A stretch of DNA of 64,000 nt from Acidilobaceae archaeon (GCA_038824665.1 JAWBBK010000001.1:224001-288000), one strand, 5' to 3'; shown: positions 19,501 through 30,029, counted from the stretch's first letter. The notes: generated by a model not told the origin, from the letters alone. Translations and numbers: made by a program.

Positions 19501-21123
19501 GTGTCTGTCAGCAAGTATCTTTTTGTAACTGGAGGAGTCATGTCGAGCGTAGGCAAAGGGACTGTTGCAGCAAGCTTAGCGGTTCTGCTAGCTGCTCGAG
19601 GCTATAACGTCACGGCTATCAAGATAGACCCCTACATAAACGTTGACGCGGGAACTATGAGTCCTTACGCTCACGGAGAGGTATTCGTTACTGAAGACGG
19701 AGGAGAGACAGACCTCGACCTAGGACACTATGAAAGATTTCTACATACCAACCTTACTAAAAAGCACAACATAACTACAGGTCAAATATACCTAAGCGTC
19801 ATAATGAAAGAGCGTGAAGGAGCTTACCTAGGACAGACCGTTCAGATAATCCCACACGTCACTGACGAGATCAAGAACAGGATAAGAGAGGTGGTCAAAG
19901 GGTCAGGAGCTGATGTAGCTGTTGTTGAAATAGGGGGTACAGTCGGAGACATAGAGGGACTTCCGTTCCTCGAGGCAGCAAGACAGATGAGACTAGAGGA
20001 AGGCTTCGAGAACACTCTTTTCGTTCACGTCGCGTTAGCTCCTCAGCTTTCGACCACTGGAGAGGTCAAGACCAAGCCAGTACAACATAGCGTTCAAGAA
20101 CTCAGAAGGATAGGGATCCAGCCTGACATAGTGGTAGTGAGGTCTCAGAAACCGATAGATGTTGAGGCCAGGAAGAAAATAGCTCTTTTCGCTACGTTGC
20201 CAGAGGGTCACGTTTTCAACAGCTATGATGTAGACACGATCTACAGAGTACCCTTGATCCTGGAAGAGCAAGGACTAGGAGACCTCATATCGAAGAGACT
20301 AGGGTTGCTCCCCTCCAAGCCGAAGCTAGATGAGTGGAAGAGCTTTGTGGAAAGACTTGCCTCAGCTAGTAAGCCTATCACTATAGCTATGATAGGCAAG
20401 TACACCAAACTTAGAGACGCATATATCAGTATAGTGGAAGCTATCAAACACTCTTCAGCGAGTCTGGATGTAAAGCCCATCTTTCGCTGGATAGAGTCGA
20501 CAGACATAGAGTTGGGCAAAATCGATATCGAGAAAGAGCTAGAAGGGGTCGACGGAGCTCTAGTCCTGCCTGGCTTTGGAGTCAGAGGTGTAGAGGGGAA
20601 GGTTAAGGCTTTACGTATCCTGAGGGAGAAGAAGGTGCCTACTTTGGGCATATGTTTCGGGATGCAACTAATGGTAGTTGAGTTCGCAAGAAACGTTGTT
20701 GGACTGAGCGGAGCCAACACTACAGAGGTCGACCCTACAACTCCTCATCCTGTTGTCGACTTGCTGCCTGAGCAAAAAGGGCTTTCGAGACTAGGTGGAA
20801 CCATGAGGTTAGGCTCTCAACTCATAAAAATAAGACCTGGCACGCTGGCTTGGAAGGCCTACGGAGCTGAAATAGTCTACGAGAGACACAGACATAGATA
20901 TGAGGTTAACCCTAAGTACGTTGACATCCTGAATAGCTCTGGACTAATCACGAGCGGGCTCTCACAAGAGGGTCTAACGGAGATCGTCGAGCTATCCGAG
21001 AACTCACATCCATTCTACTTGGGGATTCAGGCACACCCTGAGTTCAGAAGTAGACCGCTTAAGCCTTCCCCTCTGTTTACGCTATTTCTATCTATAGCTG
21101 TTAAAAATAAAAGAAACGACTAG
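19501..21123 (+). CDS. pyrG: CTP synthase
   Basis: [57 protein letters not shown]; start likely GTG 19501. Confidence 0.98.
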   Translation: MSVSKYLFVTGGVMSSVGKGTVAASLAVLLAARGYNVTAIKIDPYINVDAGTMSPYAHGEVFVTEDGGETDLDLGHYERFLHTNLTKKHNITTGQIYLSVIMKEREGAYLGQTVQIIPHVTDEIKNRIREVVKGSGADVAVVEIGGTVGDIEGLPFLEAARQMRLEEGFENTLFVHVALAPQLSTTGEVKTKPVQHSVQELRRIGIQPDIVVVRSQKPIDVEARKKIALFATLPEGHVFNSYDVDTIYRVPLILEEQGLGDLISKRLGLLPSKPKLDEWKSFVERLASASKPITIAMIGKYTKLRDAYISIVEAIKHSSASLDVKPIFRWIESTDIELGKIDIEKELEGVDGALVLPGFGVRGVEGKVKALRILREKKVPTLGICFGMQLMVVEFARNVVGLSGANTTEVDPTTPHPVVDLLPEQKGLSRLGGTMRLGSQLIKIRPGTLAWKAYGAEIVYERHRHRYEVNPKYVDILNSSGLITSGLSQEGLTEIVELSENSHPFYLGIQAHPEFRSRPLKPSPLFTLFLSIAVKNKRND

Positions 21124-21149
21124 CTTCTGCTGAGACAGCATCTGGACTT

Positions 21150-21488
21150 CTATATCTCGAATACTATCTTTCTCGCTCTTAAGTTCACCAGCTTTCTGAC
21201 TCCTCTGTCTCCCGCTTTGTAGTAACTCGAGACGAACCCTATTTCCTCGAGCCTTTTGATCTGGTTGCTTATGTTAGCTTTGCTCTGCTTCAGCTCTGTC
21301 GCTAGGTCGTCTAGATCACGAGGTCCTTCGATTAAGAGTTCAAGGATCTTGGTTCTGGTCTCACTGGCTAGAGCTGAGGCTACTCGAGCTATGTATCTGC
21401 TACCTTTTACATATATCGTCACGCCTTCATCGCTCTCAATCTCAACGATCCCCTCTTTTTCGGACACAGTGCTCTTCGAAGACCCCAC
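21150..21488 (-). CDS. ArsR/SmtB-family transcriptional regulator
   Basis: ALASETRTKIL..., LKQSKANISNQIKRLEEIG winged HTH. Confidence 0.85.
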   Translation of the reverse strand: MGSSKSTVSEKEGIVEIESDEGVTIYVKGSRYIARVASALASETRTKILELLIEGPRDLDDLATELKQSKANISNQIKRLEEIGFVSSYYKAGDRGVRKLVNLRARKIVFEI

Positions 21489-21612
21489 TGTTCGCTCCCA
21501 GAGAGTAGATGAAAGAGCTTAGTTTAAAAGTTTACGTGTTAAAAAGTATAGCTGTTTTCGATTAGTCTAATATGAATAAGAAGCTTAGCTTTTTATTAAC
21601 TTTTAAGATGAG

Positions 21613-22515
21613 GTGCTCAAATCGCTTTGGAGAATAGTCGAGTCTTTAAGTGAGGACGAGGTGAGGATTCTCAAAACAGTTGAGAGTCTCTCGAACAAGT
21701 ATAAGCATGTACCTCTTAAAGCGATAGAGAAGAGGTCTGGAACGAGTCCTACTAGACTCGTTCGCGCTTTGAAGAGACTTGTCTCTCTCAACTTGCTCGA
21801 GTTGAGACTCGTCCCAGAACCCAGTTACGCTTTGACCTTCAGAGGACTCGACGTATTGGCTCTCGAGAGTTTGAAGTCAAGAGGGATCGTGATCGCTCTA
21901 GGTGAGAGGCTAGGTATAGGCAAGGAGGGAACGGCCTTTCTAGCGGTCGCACCTAACGGAGAGCGGTTAGTGGTTAAGCTCCACAGAGGAGGACTGAGAG
22001 GATTCAGGAGGATAAAGGTTTACAGAAGCTATGCAAGTGAAATCCCGGGAGACTTCATAGAGCTAGCTAAGGCTTCAGCGGAACGTGAGTTCAAAGCTTT
22101 AGTAGCTTTGAAGAGAGATGGAGCATTGGTTCCTGATGGCATAGCCTGGACCGCTCATGCCGTAGTCCAGGAGTACATCCCAGGAGTTGCTCTCTATAAG
22201 CTGAAGCCTGACCTGGTAGAACTTGATGTGAATAGACTCGCTGAAACGGTTATAGAAACGATGAGGATAGCTTACACCAAGACTGGGATAGTTCATGGAG
22301 ATCTCAGCGTGTATAATGTGTTAGTCGTCCTAGAGACTTCAGAGGGCTACGTAATAGACTGGCCTCAGTACGTTTACAAAGACGACCTTAGAGCTGAAGA
22401 GCTGTTGAGAAGAGACGTATACTATGTCATAAAGTATTTTAGGAACAAGTGGGGTTTAGACCTTGATGAAGAGAAGGTTCTAAAATATGTAAAGGGTGAG
22501 ATAGACGGACTCTGA
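21613..22515 (+). CDS. rio2: RIO2-type atypical Ser/Thr kinase
   Basis: N-terminal wHTH (YALTFRGLDVLAL), GIGKEG, HGDLSVYNV, IDWPQ. Confidence 0.88.
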   Translation: MLKSLWRIVESLSEDEVRILKTVESLSNKYKHVPLKAIEKRSGTSPTRLVRALKRLVSLNLLELRLVPEPSYALTFRGLDVLALESLKSRGIVIALGERLGIGKEGTAFLAVAPNGERLVVKLHRGGLRGFRRIKVYRSYASEIPGDFIELAKASAEREFKALVALKRDGALVPDGIAWTAHAVVQEYIPGVALYKLKPDLVELDVNRLAETVIETMRIAYTKTGIVHGDLSVYNVLVVLETSEGYVIDWPQYVYKDDLRAEELLRRDVYYVIKYFRNKWGLDLDEEKVLKYVKGEIDGL

Positions 22516-22528
22516 ACTCAAACTCTGT

Positions 22529-24475
22529 ATGGGTGTTGACATAGAGTCTGGGTCCCCTAGCGGGAGAGCTCTTTACTCGGTAATGATTGTAGATGATTTA
22601 GGTAAAGTGGTCTACAAAGGCGCGAGCGCACCGCTTTCGCGTATCGTAAGACTGGCCTGGGAGTATAAACCATCAGTCATAGCGTTGGACAACGTCTTTG
22701 AACTCGCGGATAGCGAGAAGAAGCTTATCAAAATATTCTCAATACTACCTCCCGAAGTGCGAGTTGTTCAAGTTACGGCATCTCAGGGAGAGCTGAAGAG
22801 CGTTAAGCACATAGCCAAAGAGTCAGGACTGTTGGAAGAGTCCGCTAAGCTCACTCCTTCAAGAACAGCGTACGTGTTAGCAATCCTATCCTGTCATGGC
22901 TACGGTACAGACGTCAGGGTAGTCGAAGAGAGGACTATAATCAACGTCTCCGGTCGGAGAATGAGTAGCAAGGGAGGATGGAGTCAACAGAGGTATCAGA
23001 GGAGGGTTAGAGCAGCTATACAGAGCGTAGCCGAGGTCGTGAGGGAGGCTCTAGATAGAGCCAAGCTAGACTACGACTATAGCTATAGAGAGAGTAAAGG
23101 AGGTCTAGAGTCAGCTGTCTTTACAGTGTACGCCTCTTACTCTAAGGTCTTGGAAGTGTTACCTAAGACAAGACATCCTGACGTAGCGATTAAGGTGAGA
23201 CCTGTAGTTAGAAGCAAGACGGTTTTCGCTAAGGCTGAGAAAGGAGGAGAGAGACTCATCATAGTGGGCTTGGATCCAGGAGTGACCACAGGGGTCGCAG
23301 TGCTCGACGCTAGTTCAGGAGAGGTCCTCTACGTAGGTAGCGGAAAGAACGTAGATAGAGGGAGCTTGATAGACTTAGTTCTAAGCTATGGCAGACCTGT
23401 GGTTGTTGCTACTGACGTAGTCGAACCACCTGAGACCGTTAAAAAGTTCGCTGCTCAGTTAGGGGTTTCGATCTACACTCCGTCCGACGATTTGAGCGTT
23501 ACAGAGAAGCTCGAGCTAACGTCTCATTATTCACAACTGTTGTCGAACTCCCACGAGAGGGATGCTCTAGCAGCTGCTTTAAAAGCCTATAGGATGGCTA
23601 GATCCCGCATTAAGAAAGTCGAGCGGATAGCCTCGAGACTGTCTCTAGACATAGACCTAAGCGAAGTCAAGAGGGAGATCTTGAGAGGAGCGACTTTAGC
23701 TGACGCTTTGGAGAAGATGATTCAGAAGGCTCTAGAAGAAGAGCCCACCAGAGAGGCGAAAGTGGAAGAAACGGTTAGAGAGAAAAGACAAGAGCCCGAC
23801 GTCAGTCATTACGTTGTTAAGATAGAAGAACTCAAAGAGAGGAACAGAGTTCTCGAAGCTCAGCTGACAGTCTTAGAGGAGAGAGTAAAAGAGCTAGAGA
23901 GCAAGCTTAGATCTCAACAGCTTGTCTTAAAAGCAGAACTCTTGAGAGACAGCGAGGTCGAAGCTCTAAGGTCTAGAGTAAAAGAGCTAGAAAGGGAGCT
24001 AGAAAGACTCAAACACGAACTAGAGGGGGTCTATACAAGAAAGAAGGAGCTCGAGAGAGTTCTGGAAAGCGTAGCTAGAGGAGAGGTGGTTGCTGTTGCT
24101 GTTGTGTCCTCAGCGACGCTTAGCGCGATCAAAGGAGCTCAAGGCTTTAAGGTGGTTACGGTAAAGAATCCCGGCACCTTCGAAGAGCGAGCAATCAAGG
24201 AAGCTATCAAAATGGGCATAGAGTGTTTTGTGCTAGAAGAGAAGGATCTCGATAGTCCTCTGGCCAGAGTCTTGACTAAGCACAGAGTTCCGGTGGTCAA
24301 AAAAGAAGGGATAGAAGTCTTTGCTCTCGATAATCTTTTGTTGTTCTCTCATGAAGTGTTGAAGAGGTGTTCTGAAGAAAAGACAAGATTAGAGAGAGAA
24401 ATAAGCTTGAGTGACATTGAGAGGATAGTCGAGGAGTATAGGAGAACTCTCGTCAAAGAGAGGAGACAACCTTAG
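22529..24475 (+). CDS. DUF460 family protein (RNase H-like folds plus coiled coil)
   Basis: MGVDIE, ALDNVFEL, GGWSQQRYQR, IVGLDPGVTTG, HERDALAAA, long coiled coil. Confidence 0.85.
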   Translation: MGVDIESGSPSGRALYSVMIVDDLGKVVYKGASAPLSRIVRLAWEYKPSVIALDNVFELADSEKKLIKIFSILPPEVRVVQVTASQGELKSVKHIAKESGLLEESAKLTPSRTAYVLAILSCHGYGTDVRVVEERTIINVSGRRMSSKGGWSQQRYQRRVRAAIQSVAEVVREALDRAKLDYDYSYRESKGGLESAVFTVYASYSKVLEVLPKTRHPDVAIKVRPVVRSKTVFAKAEKGGERLIIVGLDPGVTTGVAVLDASSGEVLYVGSGKNVDRGSLIDLVLSYGRPVVVATDVVEPPETVKKFAAQLGVSIYTPSDDLSVTEKLELTSHYSQLLSNSHERDALAAALKAYRMARSRIKKVERIASRLSLDIDLSEVKREILRGATLADALEKMIQKALEEEPTREAKVEETVREKRQEPDVSHYVVKIEELKERNRVLEAQLTVLEERVKELESKLRSQQLVLKAELLRDSEVEALRSRVKELERELERLKHELEGVYTRKKELERVLESVARGEVVAVAVVSSATLSAIKGAQGFKVVTVKNPGTFEERAIKEAIKMGIECFVLEEKDLDSPLARVLTKHRVPVVKKEGIEVFALDNLLLFSHEVLKRCSEEKTRLEREISLSDIERIVEEYRRTLVKERRQP

Positions 24476-24517
24476 GGGAAAAAGCTTCTGAACAGGCTAT
24501 AGTGTTGGTGTAAAGGT

Positions 24518-25078
24518 GTGTCTCAGTTTGAGAGACTACAGGACGTTGCTGAATTCTACAGAATGCTACATCCTAGACCAGTGGTCTTGATAGTAACTAG
24601 ATGTCCCAACGGAAAGCTGAACGTAATGTCGGCCTCTTGGGTCACTCCTGTATCTGAAGAGCCTCCGTTACTGGCTGTAGCGATTTCTAAAGAGAGCTAC
24701 ACAACGTTATGTCTTGAACATAGTCTAGAAGCAACTTTAAACATCCCAGGAGCAGAACACGCCGACCTCGTGTATAAGGCTGGTTCCGTTTCGGGGAGAG
24801 AAATCGATAAAGTATCACAGTTCGGCATGAGGTTAGAGGAGTCTCTCAGTGTCTCAACTCCGCACTGGGCTGACGCTCTAGGCTATATTGAGGTCAGAGT
24901 CAGACATCGTATAGACGCTGGTGAGTCTTGGCTCTATCTCTTCGAAGTTGTTGTTGCTCACGTACGCTCAGAGCTGTGGAGCAAGTGGGGTTGGAAGTCG
25001 CCTCAAGCTGGACCTTTACTTCATGGAATAGGTAAAGCCTTCTATAAGCCAGGCCAGATGATCTTAAGCAGAGGATGA
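24518..25078 (+). CDS. Flavin reductase-like (DIM6/NTAB) protein
   Basis: HPRPVVLIVT, NVMSASWVTPVSEEPP, GSVSGREIDK. Confidence 0.88.
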   Translation: MSQFERLQDVAEFYRMLHPRPVVLIVTRCPNGKLNVMSASWVTPVSEEPPLLAVAISKESYTTLCLEHSLEATLNIPGAEHADLVYKAGSVSGREIDKVSQFGMRLEESLSVSTPHWADALGYIEVRVRHRIDAGESWLYLFEVVVAHVRSELWSKWGWKSPQAGPLLHGIGKAFYKPGQMILSRG

Positions 25079-25082
25079 TGTA

Positions 25083-25136
25083 GGTCAGACCGTCGTGATT
25101 CAGTCACCGCTCATTTTGGGACGGCTTCTTCATCCC
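25083..25136 (-). ncRNA. Box C/D methylation guide sRNA (downstream member of tandem pair)
   Basis: C ATGAAGA (25133-25127), guide AGCCGTCCCAAA, D' ATGA, C' GTGACTG, guide AATCACGACGGT, D CTGA (25088-25085); D guide complementary to conserved 23S ACCGUCGUGA. Confidence 0.8.
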
Positions 25137-25149
25137 TTTAAGCTTTTGA

Positions 25150-25203
25150 CTTCAGACAAATGCCTTCCGCTCATCTGCTCGCTGTCGGGAGTAGTCATCA
25201 CCT
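25150..25203 (-). ncRNA. Box C/D methylation guide sRNA (upstream member of tandem pair)
   Basis: C GTGATGA (25201-25195), guide CTACTCCCGACA, D' GCGA, C' ATGAGCG, guide GAAGGCATTTGT, D CTGA (25155-25152); D guide complementary to 23S CAAAUGCCUU. Confidence 0.85.
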
Positions 25204-25238
25204 TACTCCTTATAGAGCTTCTCTAAGCCTATAACTGC

Positions 25239-27152
25239 TTAGGCGTTTCTAAGAACTTCCTCCACTTTTTTCTTCACTATTTCTGCAACAATCTTTCCAT
25301 CGACTCTTCCTCTTAACTTCTCCATGGCTTTCCCCATTACGTAGCTTACAGCTCTCTGTCCTCTCTTGAGTATCTCTTCTTTGTCCTCTTTAACTATAGA
25401 GTCTATTATGATCTCAGCTTCTTCGATAGAGAGAGCAGAGAGTCCCAACTTTTTCGCTATATCTCTAGCTGACACGCCTGGGTTCTTAGCGGCTTCTTCA
25501 AGGATCTTCTCTACAGCTTCTTTAGCTATAGCGCCTTCAGCGAGCATCTCAATGATCTCTCTCAAAACCTCATCGCTTACGTCTTCAGGATCGACGTTTT
25601 TGTTTTTCAGTCCTCTTAGAGTTACTACAAAGACCGAAGCTATAGTCTTAGGCGAAACTTTGTTTCCGTATTTCTCAATTAGCTCTTCGATTAAGTCTAG
25701 TCTTAAGTCTCTCAAAACCTCAAAAGCTAACTCTTTAGGTAATCCGTACTTGACTGTAAGCTTTTCGAGCTTAGACTTAAGAGGCTCTGGCTTGAGCTTC
25801 TCAGCTTCTTCTAGTAGCTCTTGAGTAATGAATATAGGCGGTATGTCTGTTTCAGGATACATTCTAGCGGCTCCAGGCCTTGGCCTCATGTACCTTGTTG
25901 TCCCATCTTCTAAAGCCATTCTAGTTTCTTCAGGGACTCCGTCGAAAGCCATCTTGATCCTCTCGAGAGCTGCCTGAAGAGCTTTGAGAGCTACCTCTCT
26001 TTTGTCTGCGACTATTATGAAGTTGTCTTCGTTATCACACTCTAGAGCTTTAGCTATCGTGTGTACCTCTTCTTCGGTAATCCCGTAGGCGGGTAGCTCA
26101 TCTCTATGGATTATTCCTGAAGCACCAGACCAGAACCTCACGTAGTCAGCTACCTCACTTCCAAACCTCTTTCCTGGTGAGAGTTCCCAACCTAAGATCC
26201 CTCTCATCTTGATGAGCTTGAGGCCTAGCGCTACGCCTCCTTTCTCAAAGGCTCTTCTAAGCACTCCGCTTTTCGTCTGTGAGAGCAAAGAGGTGAGGTC
26301 TACAGGATTGAGCTGAAGGTCACTTTTACTAAGCCCTCGTCTTTTGAGTTCTTCTCTCAGTCTCAGAAGGCTTAGTTGTCTGATCACCTCATTCTTCACT
26401 ATCTTGGGTATCAGTTCTAGCCTTTGTACACCCTTGATCTCGATCTTCGCTCCTCCTTCTATGCTTATATTAAGGTCTTGTCTTATCGTACCTATTCCTC
26501 TTTTTACTCTCTTGGTTAATCTTAACAACCTTCCTATAGCTAAAGCGACTTCAGCAGCTTCTTCAGGAGACTCTATGACTGGAGCAGTAGCTATCTCTAT
26601 CAGCGGTATCCCGAGTCTGTCTAACCTGTAGACAGCTACCTTTCCCTTCTCGTCTATCTTTCTAGCAGCGTCTTCCTCTAAACATATGGTTTCTATAGGG
26701 ATCGTTTTGTTTTCTAGCTCTAGCTGACCGCCTAGAGCTATCAGAGCTGTCCTCTGGAAACCGCTTGTGTTACTTCCGTCTATTACGATCTTTCTCATCA
26801 CGTAGACCTCGTCTACGATCTTAGAGCCTAAGGCTAAGGCGATGGCTAATGCTGTTTTCAGAGCCTCTCTGTTTAACTCGTGCGGAGGCTCTTCATCTAT
26901 TTCTACCAAGCATGAATGCTCTCTCCCTATCTCATACTCGTATGACCTTCCTCTTCTCCATTCGAAAAGAGCAGCTGGGTCTACGTCTCCTATCTCGCTT
27001 CTAGTAGGTCTTAATCTACGAGGTACTTTGTAGTCTACGTTTTCTGAAATAGAGCTAAGGCAGTCACAGAACAGCTTAGTTCTTACGTCTAGCTGTTGGT
27101 GAACCTCTAGACCGACTCTGAGCCCTATCTTCTTGTAGTCTATCTCAACCAT
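25239..27152 (-). CDS. gatE: Glu-tRNA(Gln) amidotransferase subunit E
   Basis: GLEVHQQL, MRKIVIDGSNTSGFQRT, CLEEDAAR, GTIRQDLN, RPRPGAARMYPETD. Confidence 0.97.
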   Translation of the reverse strand: MVEIDYKKIGLRVGLEVHQQLDVRTKLFCDCLSSISENVDYKVPRRLRPTRSEIGDVDPAALFEWRRGRSYEYEIGREHSCLVEIDEEPPHELNREALKTALAIALALGSKIVDEVYVMRKIVIDGSNTSGFQRTALIALGGQLELENKTIPIETICLEEDAARKIDEKGKVAVYRLDRLGIPLIEIATAPVIESPEEAAEVALAIGRLLRLTKRVKRGIGTIRQDLNISIEGGAKIEIKGVQRLELIPKIVKNEVIRQLSLLRLREELKRRGLSKSDLQLNPVDLTSLLSQTKSGVLRRAFEKGGVALGLKLIKMRGILGWELSPGKRFGSEVADYVRFWSGASGIIHRDELPAYGITEEEVHTIAKALECDNEDNFIIVADKREVALKALQAALERIKMAFDGVPEETRMALEDGTTRYMRPRPGAARMYPETDIPPIFITQELLEEAEKLKPEPLKSKLEKLTVKYGLPKELAFEVLRDLRLDLIEELIEKYGNKVSPKTIASVFVVTLRGLKNKNVDPEDVSDEVLREIIEMLAEGAIAKEAVEKILEEAAKNPGVSARDIAKKLGLSALSIEEAEIIIDSIVKEDKEEILKRGQRAVSYVMGKAMEKLRGRVDGKIVAEIVKKKVEEVLRNA

Positions 27153-28473
27153 GGTTCCACCTTGGGAACAAGTCTACATAGTGTCTTGACGAGATCTCTC
27201 CGACAAGGTTTGTCAACATCAATCTTCTGATCTCCTTCAAGTCTCTAGTTCTAGCGAGCGCCCAGCTTAGCTTGACATAAGCTACTTCTGCCAACATGTC
27301 TTCAGCAGGGATCACTCCGACTTCGAGCATCTTCCTTCCTGTGCTATAAACGTTCAAGTTGACTCTACCGAATATTGTTTGACTGGCCGCTACTACAGGT
27401 ATGTTGTTCTCTATAGCTCTCCTTACAGCGCTTATAGCGTCGCTAGATATGTGACCAAAGCCTGTACCTTCTATCACTATCCCATGAACTCCTTTATCTA
27501 CCAAAGCATCTATCACGTCGGCTACGTTTCCTGGAAAATGTTTTATGAGGACAACTCTTTCGTCAAAGCCGTTCTCATAGACAAGCTCTTGCTCTCCTCT
27601 CTTTCTAAACCTTGGGTCGATTATTTCTATCTTCCCCTCGTAGGGCCATATTTTGGCCAACGGAAGAGCGTTTATCGACTGAAATGCATCTCTTCTGCTT
27701 GTATGCATCTTCCTAACTCTGACTCCTCTATGAGCTAGCGCATAGGTATCTCCGGTTTCTCCATGCATAATGACAACCACTTCAGCAAACGGGGCTCTAG
27801 CGGCCGCTAGCGTAGAGGCGGTCAGATTAAACGCAGAATCGCTACTAGGTCTGTCGCTACTTCTCTGAGCTCCTGTGAGGACTATGGGAACAGGAAGACC
27901 TTTATGGAAAGCGAAAGCCAAAGCGGCGCTAGTGTAAGACATCGTATCAGTTCCATGAGTCACTACGACGCCGTCATAACCTTTAGAGATCGCGTCTGCC
28001 ACCTTTTCTACTATCGCGCTCCACATGTTAGGTTTCATATCCTCACTGAGTATCGAAAAAAAGCTCTCAGCGTCTATAGATGCGTACGCAAACATCTCCG
28101 GAACGCTTAGCTTCAACTCTTCAGGAGAGAGATAAGCCTTGACAGCTCCGGTTTCGTAATCTATTCTGCTTGCTATGGTGCCTCCACATCCTATTATTAG
28201 CACGCGTTTATCTCCTTCTTCTACCTTTTCCAAGAGAGGCACGGGAGAACCGGGCTGACCTCTTTCTGCTTTTTTAAGCTTCCTCATAGACTTGATGCGA
28301 TTGACTAAAAGGCCTAAGTTATAGCCGTTATTCAGCTTCAGAACAAGTACGTCTTCTCTCTTAGAGAACTTTGGCATTACTAGACCTTCTACCTTTAGCC
28401 CGTCTTTGGTCTCAATCTCTACGTAGTCTCCTTCTTCAATCCCGTAAGCTATCAGGAACTCTGAACTCTTCAA
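27145..28473 (-). CDS. gatD: Glu-tRNA(Gln) amidotransferase subunit D
   Basis: GGTIASRIDYETG, HGTDTM, QRSSDRPSSD, RKMHTSRRDAF. Confidence 0.97.
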   Translation of the reverse strand: MKSSEFLIAYGIEEGDYVEIETKDGLKVEGLVMPKFSKREDVLVLKLNNGYNLGLLVNRIKSMRKLKKAERGQPGSPVPLLEKVEEGDKRVLIIGCGGTIASRIDYETGAVKAYLSPEELKLSVPEMFAYASIDAESFFSILSEDMKPNMWSAIVEKVADAISKGYDGVVVTHGTDTMSYTSAALAFAFHKGLPVPIVLTGAQRSSDRPSSDSAFNLTASTLAAARAPFAEVVVIMHGETGDTYALAHRGVRVRKMHTSRRDAFQSINALPLAKIWPYEGKIEIIDPRFRKRGEQELVYENGFDERVVLIKHFPGNVADVIDALVDKGVHGIVIEGTGFGHISSDAISAVRRAIENNIPVVAASQTIFGRVNLNVYSTGRKMLEVGVIPAEDMLAEVAYVKLSWALARTRDLKEIRRLMLTNLVGEISSRHYVDLFPRWNHG

Positions 28474-28562
28474 GCGACATCCCTCTTCAAAGCTCCTACG
28501 AGCTTCTTTAGCTTTCTACAATCTTTTAAGCTTCGGCCTCTTTCTTGCTAGAGGTGTTTGAT

Positions 28563-28727
28563 GTGCCTACGCACGGGTCAATGACTAAAGCTGGTAAAGT
28601 CAGAAAAGCGACTCCCAAAATAGAGCCTAAACCAAAAGAGAGACCATCACCTAGAATAAGAAACAGGGAGAAGTACTTGAAGTTGTTAGAAAAGCCAACA
28701 GAGCCTAAGGCCGCTCTGAGCTTATAA
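28563..28727 (+). CDS. rps30e: 30S ribosomal protein S30e
   Basis: PTHGSMTKAGKVRKATPK...PRIRNREKY; GTG 28563 after GAGGTG. Confidence 0.95.
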   Translation: MPTHGSMTKAGKVRKATPKIEPKPKERPSPRIRNREKYLKLLEKPTEPKAALSL

Positions 28728-28796
28728 TAGAGGACTTTTTTAGCGTTATTAGCTTTCAAAAAGGACCGATATCTTTCGGTGAGGTGAATTCGCTAA

Positions 28797-30029
28797 ATGC
28801 AGGTTTATTTAGTAGCTCTCCCTATAGGTTTCGTGGCTCTAAAAGAGAATGGAGAGATAGCCGATTACGAATTCTATCCTAAAGTTGTCGACGAGACGGT
28901 TGAGGAGATGTTAAAACTAGAAGCAGGAGGGGTGAACGTTGCTCTATCAAGTCTTTTAGAGAGGCTTAAAGGAAGGGCTACTCAAATAGTGCTCGAAGAC
29001 GATACCTTAGCCAGAAACGTGGCTAGCGCAGGCTTCGATACGGCTACAGCTATAGATGCTGAAGTTCAGAGAGTTGCTAGAAGCCGACTTGCAGAACTCG
29101 CTGTGAAGCTCGGTTTCGTCTCTAGTGAAGAGGAGCTAAAGAAGTGGCTTCATGATGTCTCTGTAGAGTACAGCAGAAGGAAGCTGAGAAAAGCTACAGC
29201 TAAGAGAGACCTTCTAGCGGTTCAATCTATAAGGGCTATAGACGACATAGACAAGATAGTTAATCTTCTAGCTACTAGAGCCAGAGAGTGGTACTCAGTT
29301 CACTTTCCTGAACTCTCTGAACACGTTGGAGAACACGAAGACTTCTTGAAATTAGTTTACGAACTTGGACACAGAGAGAACTTCACTGTTGAGAATCTTT
29401 CTAAGCTAGGAGTGAGTGAAGCCAAGGCCAGGAAGTTAGCGGAGGCAGCTTCAACAAGCTTAGGAGCAGACCTCAGCGAACGCGATATAGAAGCTATAAG
29501 AGTTCTTGCTGGGATCGTGTTAGACCTCTATGAGCATAGGAGAACTCTAACGAGATATGTAGAGGAAGTGATGGAAGAAGTAGCGCCGAACGTAACAGCT
29601 CTAGTAGGTCCGCTTCTCGGAGCTAGACTTCTGAGCTTAGCGGGAGGTCTTGAGAAGCTAGCTAGACTTCCGGCTAGCACTATACAGGTACTTGGAGCTG
29701 AGAAGGCTCTCTTTAGAGCTCTGAGGACAGGAGGAAAGCCGCCTAAGCACGGAGTGATATTCCAGTATCCAGACATTCATAAAAGCCCTAAGTGGCAAAG
29801 AGGCAAGATAGCGAGAGCTCTCGCAGCTAAGTTAGCGATAGCGGCCAGAATAGACGCATTGACAGGCAGATACCTCGGCGATAAGCTCGTTAAAGAGTTC
29901 AGAGACAGAGTCGAGGAGATCAAAAAGCTCTATCCCAAGCCTCCGGTAAAGAAAGAAGAGGTCAGATCAAGAGCTCCTCCAAGACGTGAGAAAAGACAAT
30001 CCAAACGCGGGGAAACGAGTAAAAGGTGA
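28797..30029 (+). CDS. nop5: Box C/D RNP subunit Nop5 (Nop56/58)
   Basis: REWYSVHFPEL, APNVTALVG, PASTIQVLGAEKALF, PKHGVIFQ, RGKIARALAAK. Confidence 0.97.
   Translation: MQVYLVALPIGFVALKENGEIADYEFYPKVVDETVEEMLKLEAGGVNVALSSLLERLKGRATQIVLEDDTLARNVASAGFDTATAIDAEVQRVARSRLAELAVKLGFVSSEEELKKWLHDVSVEYSRRKLRKATAKRDLLAVQSIRAIDDIDKIVNLLATRAREWYSVHFPELSEHVGEHEDFLKLVYELGHRENFTVENLSKLGVSEAKARKLAEAASTSLGADLSERDIEAIRVLAGIVLDLYEHRRTLTRYVEEVMEEVAPNVTALVGPLLGARLLSLAGGLEKLARLPASTIQVLGAEKALFRALRTGGKPPKHGVIFQYPDIHKSPKWQRGKIARALAAKLAIAARIDALTGRYLGDKLVKEFRDRVEEIKKLYPKPPVKKEEVRSRAPPRREKRQSKRGETSKR

Noticed and set aside
19170-19528. ORFs 19170-19376, 19294-19485 and 19346-19528, and the 19429 start for pyrG
   Set aside because: Better explained by the signal-anchor frame starting at 19297 and a pyrG start at GTG 19501.
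23860-24060. Repeated AGAGTAAAAGAGCTAGA-like segments in the DUF460 gene
   Set aside because: They encode repeated RVKELE coiled-coil units, not a DNA-level element.
28765-28790. Hairpin ACCGA/TCGGT in the nop5 leader as a possible L7Ae K-turn
   Set aside because: The stem exists, but tandem G-A pairs could not be placed in canonical K-turn register.
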